Source: Eledone cirrhosa (Eukaryota). Taken from it: a stretch of 64,000 nt of DNA. A program made the position numbers and the translations under genes. The notes beneath the pieces are model-generated. The model ran no database searches. It was given only the letters and a program-made list of their open reading frames with translations, and was not told the DNA's origin. Below are positions 39,682 to 51,225 of the stretch, one piece after another. Every line of letters begins with the position of its first letter. Within the stretch, counting starts at the first letter, position 1. Where the stretch lies: the NCBI GenBank assembly GCA_964016885.1, contig OZ024743.1, forward strand, positions 280,736,001 to 280,800,000, given 5' to 3'.

Positions 39682-40612
39682 GGGCAGTGGATTGGCAATA
39701 TCGATAGAGCGTCGGACAACATGCTTTCCGACATATTGTTACTGCGCTTTACGTTCTGAGTTCAATTCCAGCCGAGGTTAGCTTTGTCGTCCATCCTTAC
39801 AGGGTCGATAAAATAAAGTACCAGTATCGCACTAGGGTCCATTTTATCGATTTTCCCCGCCAAAAAAATGTGTTGGTCTTTGTGCCAATATTAGGATTGG
39901 TAGATTCGGTAGAGAGTTGGACGCTATGCTTTGCAGCATAGAGTTACGGCCTTTTACGATCTTAGTTCAAATCCTGTCGAGGTTAACTTTACCTTTCATC
40001 CTTATGGGGTCCATAAAATAAAGTACCAGTCACACACTTGTGTCGATTTAATCGACTTTCCCCTCCCCCCAAATTACTGGCCTTGTGCCTATATAAGAAA
40101 CCATTATTATCATCAAGGGGCGGTGAATTGGCAGTATCGGTAGAGGGTCGGACGCCATGTTTTCCAGTATAGTTACGTCTTTTTACGGTCTGAGTTCAAA
40201 TCCCGCCGAGGTTAACTTTGCCTTTCATCCTTACGGGGTCGATAAAATAAAGTACCAGTAATGTACTGGGTAATTGCTGGCCTTGTGCCAAAAGTAGAAA
40301 CAATTATTATTATTTTGCCTTTCGTCCTTACGGGGTCGATAAAATAAAATACCAGTAATACACTGCGATAATTGCTGGCCTTGTGCCAAAAGTAGAAACA
40401 ATTATTATCATCATCATCATCATCATTATGAATATTATTTAGAGCGCGGGATTGGCAGTATCGGTAGAACGTCGGACAACATGCTGTGTGGCATTCAGTT
40501 ACGGTCCTTTACCTTTTGAGTTCAAATTGCTTACGGGTCGATAAAATAAAGTACCAGTAACGAACTGAGGTTGAACTTTCCCCTCCCCCATAATGTGTTG
40601 GCCATGTGCCTG
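39682..40612 (+). mobile_element. Cluster of five tandem full or partial copies of a tRNA-derived SINE
   Basis: Repeated head (TGGCAGTATCGGTAGA...GAGTTCAAATCC, A/B-box-like), core GCCTTTCATCCTTACGGGGTCGATAAAATAAAGTACCAGT and (ATT)n tails. Copies at ~39682, 39897, 40116, 40314 (3' half) and 40442. Confidence 0.82.
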
Positions 40613-40733
40613 AATCTGAATGTCGGTAATGTTTTTACTTGTGTAAATGTTGATATTACGATTGTGTTGTCATAGTTTCATTATTTTAGTCTTCTAAATA
40701 ACTACCTTGCTGATTATTAATACCGATCTAATG

Positions 40734-40936
40734 CAGGTATGTCAAACATGTGGCCTTTTACAAGCACACCTGCGGCCCGCACCAAGGTTTTTACAGTGCG
40801 AGCATGTTTTATTTTCGTAATATAAAATTTAAAAAATGTGTTGTAATGTGCGCAATTAGTTGTCATGTGTGGCCCTCAGAAAACACATAAGTGGCCCATG
40901 TGGGCCGCAGGAACATGCCTCAGTTTGACATGCCTG
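40734..40936. mobile_element. hAT-type (Charlie-like) MITE, ~203 bp
   Basis: TIRs CAGGTATGTCAAAC / GTTTGACATGCCTG; imperfect 8-bp TSD ATCTAATG / ATCTAAAA; subterminal (T)GCGGCCC motifs. Confidence 0.8.
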
Positions 40937-41150
40937 ATCTAAAACACACTTTAAAGACACCAACTACAAGGGTAATATTTACATACATGACGGGCTCTTG
41001 ATGTCATTGACTAAGTTGATATCAACTTGTAAAATAGTAAAAGTGACACATTGAACAGCAAATTAATATTTCTGTACTATATCCGCCAAGAGAGCATGTA
41101 AGGTTTTTCATGTTTTATTAAACTTTGAAATTTACACCATGTTTTAGTGC

Positions 41151-41328
41151 TGGCAGTATCGGTAGAAGGACGGGCGTCATGCTTTGCAGAACAGTTACGT
41201 CCCTTTACGGACTGAGTTCAAATCTCGCCTAGGTTAACTTTGCCTTTCATCCTTACGGGGTCGATAAAATAAAGTACCAGGAATGTACTGGGTAATTGCT
41301 GGCCTTGTGCCAAAAGTAGAAACAATTA
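41151..41328 (+). mobile_element. tRNA-derived SINE (same family)
   Basis: TGGCAGTATCGGTAGA...GAGTTCAAATC...GCCTTTCATCCTTACGGGGTCGATAAAATAAAGTACCAG...AGAAACAATTATT. Confidence 0.85.
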
Positions 41329-41342
41329 TTTATATACATATA

Positions 41343-42657
41343 CTAGCAGTGTATCCCGGCGTTGCCCGGGTAAGAACATTGGTAATAGCACCTCCAATGA
41401 GAAACGTTTATTTGTGAGTGCCTGTTAAAAACTCACGAAAATATACCGACAGGAAACTTGTTTTATTCGGAGAAAATTAAGAAGTTGAAAGTACAGTTTA
41501 GCTGTTTACGTGCATTGTTCATAGAAATATTGTTGAGCCCCTTCTTTTCATACTCCTCTGCTTTGGCCTATTGGAGTAAATGTGAAAGAGAAAGCACAGG
41601 TTAAGTTGGCAGAAGGTTCCAGTGCAATAGCAGTAAGGCGTAGGCTACTTACCTCAAAAGTTCATTCGCACTCTTTACACTAAGTTACTCTTTATCTCTA
41701 TCCCTCTCGGTGCAGTCCCTTGCGAATTTCTCGCGTAGGCCTGGTGTAGATTTGCACCCGATCCATCTGCCCGGTGCACGTTTCCGCTTTGTACGGCTTT
41801 TGGAGGAAGGACTGACCAGCCGTACGTTGTTCGGTATTATTACGAAAAGGTGTAGCAGAGAATCCCGCGTGGACTAACAACTCGGGGGGAAACTGGTTAC
41901 CTCGAAGATTCATTCGCCATCGTTCTTGTCAACGCTCCGTTTAGTTGGTATTTGTTGGTCTACAGTTAGATTAATGGTGGCAAGAAGTGGCAACTGGGCT
42001 GACTTGCCTAGCTTATATTATATATTCAAATAACAGATTAAATTTTAAGCAAAGAATCGCTGCTTTCACCCTTAACGGGATCTTCTGAAACTAAAAAAAA
42101 TCAATCTGTGAACGCAGAAGTAAATATTTCGAAAAACGATGGCAAGAAGTGGCAACTGGGCCGGCTTGCCTTGCTTATATTATATATTCAAATAACAGAT
42201 TAAATTTTAAGCAAAGAATCGCTGCTTTCACCCTTAACGCGATCTTCTGAAACTAAAAAAAAATCAATCTGTGAACGCAGAAGTAAATATTTCGAAAAAC
42301 GTTGCAACCAAAGGAAAACAGGAAGACGATACTTTGGTTTGTGAAGACGTTCCCTGGTAATGAACGGAAAATAGCGAACATAATACGTCATCAATGTTTG
42401 TCATAATGTCGTAATGCAGACAGACAGACATACAGACAGATATTATAAGGGCGCGACGGAGATCGATAACCAGCGCCTAATATCCCTTTAACAACAGAAA
42501 ATTGAAAACGAAAAGCTGCAGTTAATATCTTTAGACCGCAAGGAATATATAAATATAAGTTTGAAGTCAATTGGAGTAGAAATGTGGATTTGTATAGACT
42601 TTGCAAAAATGAGGGGACACACACACAGACAACTACAGTTTTATATATATGTATAGA
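41343..42657 (-). mobile_element. Non-autonomous Helitron (~1.3 kb)
   Basis: Minus strand starts TCTATAC (42657) and ends CCCGGGCAACGCCGGG hairpin + ATACACTG-CTAG (41343). Inserted between A and T without a TSD; no Rep/Hel ORF. Confidence 0.8.
41978..42301. repeat. 162-bp tandem duplication inside the Helitron, each copy with a degenerate hammerhead-like motif on the minus strand
   Basis: TGGCAAGAAGTGGCAACTGGG at 41978 and 42140. Minus strand 42092-42042 reads TTT-CAGAAGA-t-CCC-gttaa-GGG-t-GAAA-GCA...TGC-TT-AAA. Confidence 0.8.
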
Positions 42658-42661
42658 TAGT

Positions 42662-42798
42662 AATAATTGTTTCTACTTTAGGCATAAGGCCAGCAATTAC
42701 CCAGTGCATTACTGGTACTTTATTTTTATCGACCCCGTAAGGATGAAAGATAAAGTCAACCTCGGCGGGATTTGAACTCAGATCGTAAAGGGACGTAT
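42662..42798 (-). mobile_element. 5'-truncated tRNA-derived SINE (same family)
   Basis: ACTGGTACTTTATTTTTATCGACCCCGTAAGGATGAAAG...GGATTTGAACTC is the reverse complement of the family core and B box. Confidence 0.85.
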
Positions 42799-42896
42799 AG
42801 ATAGTAATAATAATAATAAATTTGAAGACTAAAATCCAAAGAGGGCTTGATAAGGATAAATATATATCAAATATATAAGAACCGTAGAGCAAGTAT

Positions 42897-42975
42897 TTAT
42901 TAAAATAACAGATTAAAGTTTAACGAGTGAAAGCAGCGATTCTTTGCTTAAACTTTAATCTGTTATTTTAATAAA
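42897..42975. repeat. Short hairpin (~27-bp arms) sharing sequence with the Helitron internal repeat
   Basis: TTATTAAAATAACAGATTAAAGTTTAA ... TTAAACTTTAATCTGTTATTTTAATAA, with GTGAAAGCAGCGATTCTTTGC in the loop. Confidence 0.8.
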
Positions 42976-43199
42976 CTGTTATTTTAATAAATATATGCAT
43001 AGATATATATTTCAATTTTATTTTATTTTATTTTATTTTATTTTATTTTATTTTGCTTGGAAATTTGTCAAACATTTGAACTTTCATGATATTTTATTGC
43101 TATGAAAGGTTTTGTTGTTTTATCCAACATTTGAATGTTCACCATATATTATTTACCATTGAAAAACAAAACACTAACCACTAGGATGCACGGGCACAC

Positions 43200-43822
43200 A
43201 TACATACATACATGGTGGCTGCCAACTCGTTTTCGAGTACGGCCACTACTTTATATCCATGTAGGAGAACCCCTACCGATGCGCTGAACGAGTGTGACTT
43301 TTGAGTCCAGCCAGCGACTTGAAAACTCTGGTACAAACACTACACCTGTGACAATTATTGACACACAGTGCTGGGCCCATGGTACCATGTGATGACAAGT
43401 GCAGAGAGATCTCCAGATATAAAGCAATGCCTGTGCCGTGAAGCTTTTATAGTGAGCAAAGGCATTGCACAAAGCCAGTCCCACTCTCTTAACCAAGATG
43501 ATATTTACCAAAAAGAAGAACAAGTCAACATCATTGGATACCATCAGGGTTGCAGGTGTTATATCAGAGTTTTCCTTCTCCTAGAATTCTGCCTTGACAA
43601 AGGCTAAGGGGTCATCTCTCCCGGTGATTTTGGAAGGCCATTGACTCTTAAGAGCTCCTTTGCCCTTTGACAGGTTTTGTTTTTAGTCCTGCAGGATGTC
43701 CAAAGTCACCCTCCTCACCAAGAAACCTTGGTGGGGTTGCCAGTTTAGTCGCCAACGACCCGACCATGAGACAGGTTGTACTGGGATACATGTTACCAGT
43801 AGCACCAACTGGTGACCTGACA
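43200..43822 (-). mobile_element. Internally deleted RTE-clade LINE derivative (5'-UTR-like part joined to C-terminal zinc finger and (TATG)n tail)
   Basis: Minus strand 43342-43274 encodes CSVCTRVFKSLAGLKSHTRSAHR* (C2H2). CTAGGAGAAGGAAAACTCTGA near 43565 resembles RTE 5' UTR sequence as I recall it; not verified by search. Confidence 0.55.
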
Positions 43823-43868
43823 CAAACATACATACATACATACATACATACATCCATACACACACACA

Positions 43869-44895
<1,027 letters not shown>

Positions 44896-44990
44896 CATAT
44901 ATATATATACAATATAACCATACTCTACTACCCCAAGTATCGAGTACTTTGTTGAGTAATGGTCTAACCAGTTTCAAACTGAATCCATCT

Positions 44991-45056
<66 letters not shown>

Positions 45057-45060
<4 letters not shown>

Positions 45061-45370
45061 TTCGTTTTTGAATTTGTTTTGCGAGATTTCTTATCTGAAA
45101 ACGTTTTGAAACAGATATTGTTATACGCATGCGCAAACGAAGCACAGAACACACAACACACGAAAACAAGATGGCGTAGGGCAGAACAAAGGAGAGACAC
45201 ACAAAATAAAAATCTAGTCACTGAGGAGGTGGCAGAATATGTGGCGAGAGAGCTTTGGCAATATATAAACAACCTAACGATTATCGAACCAACTGGAAAC
45301 TTATAATAAAATGAAGTGAAAACCAACAGGTGCGTGTGTTTTTATTGGCAACATGATCCTCCCAAAGTAT

Positions 45371-45377
<7 letters not shown>
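45057..45377. mobile_element. Penelope-like pLTR remnant, copy 1 (paralog of 49562-49890)
   Basis: Same left segment TTCGTTT.TGAATTTGTTT..GC.AGATT and same right end CCTCCCAAAGTATAACAATA as copy 2; decayed hammerhead AGTCA-CTGAGGA...GAGA at 45216-45260. Confidence 0.65.
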
Positions 45378-45432
<55 letters not shown>

Positions 45433-46085
45433 CATATATATATATATGTGCCTTATTTTACTTGCTTTTTCTTTGTGTGTGCAGGCTCTGTAGCAGACTT
45501 TCACTCACCTTTATACCACCATACAACTTTCTTATAATCTTTCCGCCGTATACCAGCTTTCAATCTTCTCTTCACTCAAGTCTCATTCAATTTGGTCATT
45601 TCTGTTCACCTGTTTCACACCAATTTTTTCTCAATTAAATACACGTTTGAACAAATGTACCGTCGACTGTCTGTGATGTTTTATACTGCGAACTGTCTCA
45701 ATATTTCGTTTGTTTCTATCTATATGTTGTTCTTTAAATGATCCTTATTAGCTTTCTTTCGGTAAATGTTTCCCATTTCTCTCCTATTTTAAAAGTTACT
45801 AAATCTATCAAGATATTAATAGTGTCAGAATTATCGTATCATCATAAATTGCTAATTTGGACTCATATTCAGAGTTTTTTCTTTAAATATCAACATTCAA
45901 TTAAATCAGTTTTCTAGCTAACCCACTATTCCACCATAAACTTTATAGTGTTTCCACCAACAAAGATCGTTTCAGGGGAAACATCACTGACTAAAATTAT
46001 TCTAGTCTTCTAAAAAACTACGGCGCTGATTATTAAGACCGACCTGCAAATACACTTTAATAGTACCCACTACAATTACAGCTAC

Positions 46086-46320
46086 AGTTGGTAAACACCA
46101 CCAGCCACAGACACGTGTACTCTTAACGTAGTTCTCAGTGTGAGATAATGTAGTTCACAGAGCAGGGTAAGGTCTTTGAATTACAGGTACAGTTCATTTT
46201 TGCAAGCTGCGTGAACCGAAGCAGCATGGAATAAATTGCTTTGCTCAACGCACCAACAGGAATCGAACTAAGGACTATACGATCGTAAAGTAAACATCCT
46301 AACCACTAACCCACGCGTCT
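46086..46320 (-). mobile_element. Diverged SINE-like repeat (second family)
   Basis: GGAATCGAACT (reverse B box) and AACCACTAACCCACGCG (reverse A box) at the right end; a similar remnant lies at 47715-47940. Confidence 0.45.
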
Positions 46321-46674
46321 TTTAAAAATCCCTAAAATCCCATATCTAAAAACGGTTTAAGCCTATGAAATTGCCCTGATACCCTTGGATATTCCCCTTG
46401 CTACAAAACTTTTCCCATCTCTGTTCCATTTAGAAACTTGATATGCTAGAAACAACAACCCAATTGTTCAAACCGTTAACCGTCATAAAATAAAAAGGAC
46501 TCATTGGATAATATGATGCTAGATGCACAGTGTCAGAAAAACAGATCATTGATTATAAATATACTCGATGAGAGCTGACGTAGTTCTGAACAACATCAAC
46601 AACATCTTCCCAGGCATAATCATAATAAATATTATACTAAATAATTGTTTCTAGCGTAATCAGAAAACCAAACA

Positions 46675-46850
46675 TTTTGGGTAGAGTTAGTCGATTAAAT
46701 CGGCCTCAGCACTACATTGATACTTTAGTTTATTGATGTCAGTTAAATGAAAGGCAAATCTGTTCTCGTTGCGATTTGAACTCATAACATAAAGCATAAA
46801 TAAATACAGCATAGCATTTTTATGACGCTCTAATGATTTTAACACTCTAC
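46675..46850 (-). mobile_element. Diverged copy of the tRNA-derived SINE
   Basis: GTCGATTAAATCG...TACTTTAGTTTATTGA...ATGAAAGGCAAA...GATTTGAACTCA. Confidence 0.6.
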
Positions 46851-48522
46851 TGCTCTCTTTAGCTAAAAAAAAAAACATAGAGGATTAAATTAAATTTTTT
46901 TTTTTCTATATATATGGTCAGTATTTGAATGTATTTTACACTAGTAAACTATTATAGACAAATCTATCTTAAAAGAAATTGTGTTGCTGTTCATTTTCTA
47001 TTGCATTTTGCTTTCTTTTTTTTCCTTTCTTTTTTATTCAGAATAATTGATTGCGATTTTTCTATAACCTATATTTTACATATCGTTATTTTTTATATAA
47101 CCTGTTCGATTTCATATCATATTTTTTTTACTGTAACCGGTTTCGTTTTCTTTATAACCTATAATTCACTCAGCATGAGGTTGTTCAATAGAGATAAAAC
47201 GCATAGGTACATAATTTGGTTTTAAAATATGAAAAATTTAAAAAAGCAAATAGAAAATACAATTTTTATTTTCCTTGGTGAAAAATAAGTTGTCGGATTT
47301 TTATTTCCAATTGTATCTGAAATACTAGCGAGGCCACTAAATCAAGCAATCAATCAAACATATGCATGTCACCTAATTTTGACGTTGTTGGATAAGTGTT
47401 TAGGCATATTGATAAAACCTAGTATGAGCACAGGTATGGCTAAGTGGTTAAGAAGTTCACTTCTCTATCATAACATCCACTTTCGTAAAATCTCAGTCTT
47501 GTAACTTATTGAGTCACACTGATTCAGATTAAGAAATTAATAATTCAGCTTAAAGGCCACCTACATGTGGAACACCCGATCATTTACAAGTTGATTGAAC
47601 AAGTTAGTTGTTCAATTAATCAAACAACTGTAAGCTCATTCTCGAATTCAATGAGTATGTATCATAATTTTTAAAGTTAAATTCTGTCCCAAGCACAAAG
47701 GCTCGTCAGACGGGGCTTTACCCTGGTTCTATTGGTGTTAAGTGACTGAAAGTACAAGACTCTTCCCTTGACGTGACGCTAGTCCCTACTGCTGTTGCTG
47801 GTGGTATTCATTTTCAGTTGTCTAAATTGGTGCAACGTTAAATAAAGTGTCTTTACCAAGAAAACAATACTGACTGGTCCAGGATTCGAACCCATGATTT
47901 TACTATGAGCGCAATACCTCAACTACAAGTCCGGGCGCCTTACGTGTTTAGTATCTATTCAAGAGAATCAGAACATTCAAAGAGAAATTTTGATAGAACA
48001 AAGTAAGCGAAAGACATAAGTATAACAAAAACATATATATAAACAACGAATAAAATGTAAACTTCCTTTATATATTCCCTTGAACTTGGTAGCAAGAAGC
48101 GACCTCTAGTGATCAGAATTGGGGATCAATGAAGAACTAACGATTCAAAGGGGAAAGATAAAACAAATCTGAAACATGAAAAAGGTTTGGAGAGGAAAGG
48201 TTGACCACAGGAAATTATTGACCGTCTTGTTGTTTCTGTCACCGTTGTGCTTGTTTTGTTATTGTAGCTGTTGCTATTGTTGTTGTTATAGTAGTTATTA
48301 TTGTCGTTGATGTTGCTGTGGTTGTTATTGTTCCTGTTGTTTATATTGTTGTTTAACCACATGTCATTCTGGATAGAGCAGATATTTTTCCAATATGCAG
48401 AGAACCCAAGACCATATTAGCCATTATGATATTTTCTCAGATTTGAGGAAGATTTGGCAGCTATTTCTTGCAGAGGCATCTATCATATAAAGGCTCCAGT
48501 AAGACATGGCCATATCACTTAC

Positions 48523-48620
48523 TGATATATTTATTTCATCAGCAGCATTGTCTCTGCCAAATATGTCTATATACACGTTGTTCGCAAAAACAAGCAGCCT
48601 TAACATAGTCACACGACCTT
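48523..48620 (-). other. Candidate 98-nt spliced exon of an unidentified host gene
   Basis: Acceptor TTTATTTGCTATTTCCAG, donor TCA|GTAAGT, one open frame (E)GRVTMLRLLVFANNVYIDIFGRDNAADEINIS; no homology recognised. Confidence 0.28.
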
Positions 48621-49124
48621 CTGGAAATAGCAAATAAATGCTTAGAAATTACACTTTGTCCTCATGAAAAAGAAAGGACACATTGTATATTGCATTTATA
48701 AGTGTATCAAAAAGACAGGATTGTCAGAGTAGGGACATATATGAACATAAGATACCTGAAAACGACAGGGGATTTTACAGATCAAAATATGGCGTTAATA
48801 AAATGATAAATTAAATCACAAAGAAGGAAGGAGGTGAATAGTTCAATCGATAAATAGTTGTCTAAATGACATAATGATATGTGGGCTTGCAGGATAGAGA
48901 AGAGGAACGGCGTAGATAGACAGTGGGAGACAAATATATAGAAATAGAATAAGAGACAGAGAGTGGTAGAAGTGATTGATAAGAAAGATAGAAAACGAAG
49001 AAATAGCTTATCAGAGAGAGGGGGGGGGTGTAAGAGGGGAATAACTATCACAAATGAGTTAAAAGGAGACAACAGAAAGAAGATTCGCTTATTGGATTAG
49101 TTCATATGACACGTATACACGCAC

Positions 49125-49174
<50 letters not shown>

Positions 49175-49271
49175 TTGAAGTTTCCGTTGAAAATTGAAAA
49201 AGTCATATGAGTGAAGAGTGCTCTATGTAAGTACCACAGCTAAATTTAATGTATAATAAACAATACAATTA

Positions 49272-49339
49272 CCTCATTACCCGAGGTTTCCAGAATAAGA
49301 CGAATACGAAAAACGTCCTCATTCGTTCATCGGACAAGG
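49272..49339 (-). ncRNA. Degenerate hammerhead-like motif
   Basis: Minus strand: CCTTGT-CCGATGA-[stem II]-GAAA-CC-TCG-GG-TA-ATGAGG, with a U4-to-C change in the core. Confidence 0.45.
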
Positions 49340-49512
49340 CAATTTAAAACATAGTGAAATATTTGAAAAATCTCCTCAAGAAAAGCAAGAGTTTAACGGG
49401 CAAAAAAAATAAAGCAAGAGATATATAAAAATAAGGAAATATAGTTAGGGTATGTGTATAAATGTGTATATATTCACTCACAAATGTACATATGTGTGTA
49501 TGTACAAATGTA

Positions 49513-49561
<49 letters not shown>

Positions 49562-49565
<4 letters not shown>

Positions 49566-49890
49566 CGTTTCTGAATTTGTTTAGCAAGATTCTTTATCTG
49601 AAATCGTGTGTTGAAACCGATATTGTTATACTTTGGGAGGGTCATGTTGCCAATAAGAAACACACGCACCAGTTGCTTTCACTTCAATTTATTATATATT
49701 TATAAATTTATAAATTTCTGGTTGGTTGGTTGGTTCCACAACCAGATAGTTGTTTATATATAGTCATAGTTCTTTCGTCACACACTCTGTGACCTCTTCA
49801 GTGACTGGGGATTCCTTTCTTTGTTTCTGTGCCTCTCCTTGGTGCGTGTGTTTCTTATTGGCAACATGACCCTCCCAAAGTATAACAATA
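49562..49890. mobile_element. Penelope-like pLTR remnant, copy 2, with ~50-bp inverted arms
   Basis: TATTGTTATACTTTGGGAGGGTCATGTTGCCAATAAGAAACACACGCACCA (49621) and its reverse complement ending at 49890; flanked by (TA)n on both sides. Confidence 0.7.
49762..49806 (-). ncRNA. Minimal type I hammerhead ribozyme motif
   Basis: Minus strand: AGTCA-CTGAAGA-g-GTCACA-gagtg-TGTGAC-GAAAG-AA-CTA-TGACT. Confidence 0.75.
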
Positions 49891-50082
49891 TATATATATA
49901 TATAGTGCTGGAACACTGGAAGGTAATATCCGTAGTGGTAGAGCACTCAGTCCAAGGGACGAGTTAGGTAGAAGTTAGATCCGCGAAGGTGAAACAATTG
50001 TTCTCGGTATGGTGAACTAACTGTTGTGTTACCACTTCTATATATATATATATATATACATATATATATGTGTGTGTGTGTG

Positions 50083-50125
<43 letters not shown>

Positions 50126-50559
50126 GCGCGCGCGCGTGTGTGTGTGTGTGTGTGTATACACCCACACAATTGACGATATCGATGAGAAAAAACCAGATCA
50201 ATCATGATGCTAGAAAATAGGTCGAAACCAATTCATAGATACGTCTATATCTCATTATCTGCTTGTTTAGCTGTATCATCATAAACAACATCCCTATCAT
50301 CATCATCATCATGATCTCAATTAACATCATCTCCTTTATCACTAACATCATTTATTATTTAAAACATTTTAGTTGTTACTGGTGTTGTTGTCACTGGTGT
50401 TGTTGTCACTGGTGTTGTTGTCACTGGTGTTGTTATTGCAAAACGCAATGGTATTTTAACCTAGATTCTATTAACATTGCTTTAGAAAGTGATGGGCGTG
50501 TGATAATTGTGTCATTATTCATGGCTGTTTATTTCTTATTGTTAATTATTCATAAATAT

Positions 50560-50632
50560 TGATGATAGTAGTAATAGTGATAGTAGTAGTAGTAGTAGTA
50601 GTAGTAGTAGCAGCAGCAGCAGCAGCAGCTGC

Positions 50633-50680
<48 letters not shown>

Positions 50681-50683
50681 TGC

Positions 50684-50725
<42 letters not shown>

Positions 50726-50740
50726 TGCAGTAGTAGTAGA
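50560..50740. repeat. (GTA)n/(GCA)n trinucleotide microsatellite
   Basis: Direct reading. Confidence 0.95.
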
Positions 50741-51144
50741 TTTTAAGTCATTTTGCTTTGGTTTCATTCTTGCACTTTTAAAAAAAGTTTTTTCTAGTTT
50801 ATATTTCATTATGTTATTTACTATCGTTTGTTGTTATTGTTGTCGTTATTGTTGATGTTGTTGTTGTTGTTGTTATTGTTACTGTTGTTGTTGTTGTTGT
50901 TGTTGTTATTGTTGTTGTTATAATTACCAATCAACGTGGAACCGCTGTTGTTTTTATTAAACACATATATGGCCTAAATTACTTAATTAATATCGTTATT
51001 CCATACTGTTTAGCTGACACAGAAATTTGCAAATGCGTCTTAAATTCAATTAACAGTCGCCATTATATATTTCAAGGCCGCTTAAGAGATTAAATAATCT
51101 AATTAATCGTTATATATTGAGAAGCAAAACAAAAAATTATTATT

Positions 51145-51225
<81 letters not shown>

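Noticed and set aside
45119-45374. Solo LTR (TGTTATAC...GTATAACA, ATAT flanks)
   Set aside because: The paralog at 49562-49890 shows the left flank is part of the element and the termini arise from arm overlap.
45508-45609. Minus-strand exon ending in AAG|GTGAGT
   Set aside because: Poor acceptor and stops in all three frames; cannot be supported.
49624-49887. MITE with ~48-bp TIRs
   Set aside because: The element continues ~60 nt beyond the left repeat, contains a hammerhead, and its paralog lacks long TIRs.
50170-50250. Hammerhead-like ATGATG...GAAAC
   Set aside because: Core incomplete and stems not convincingly paired.
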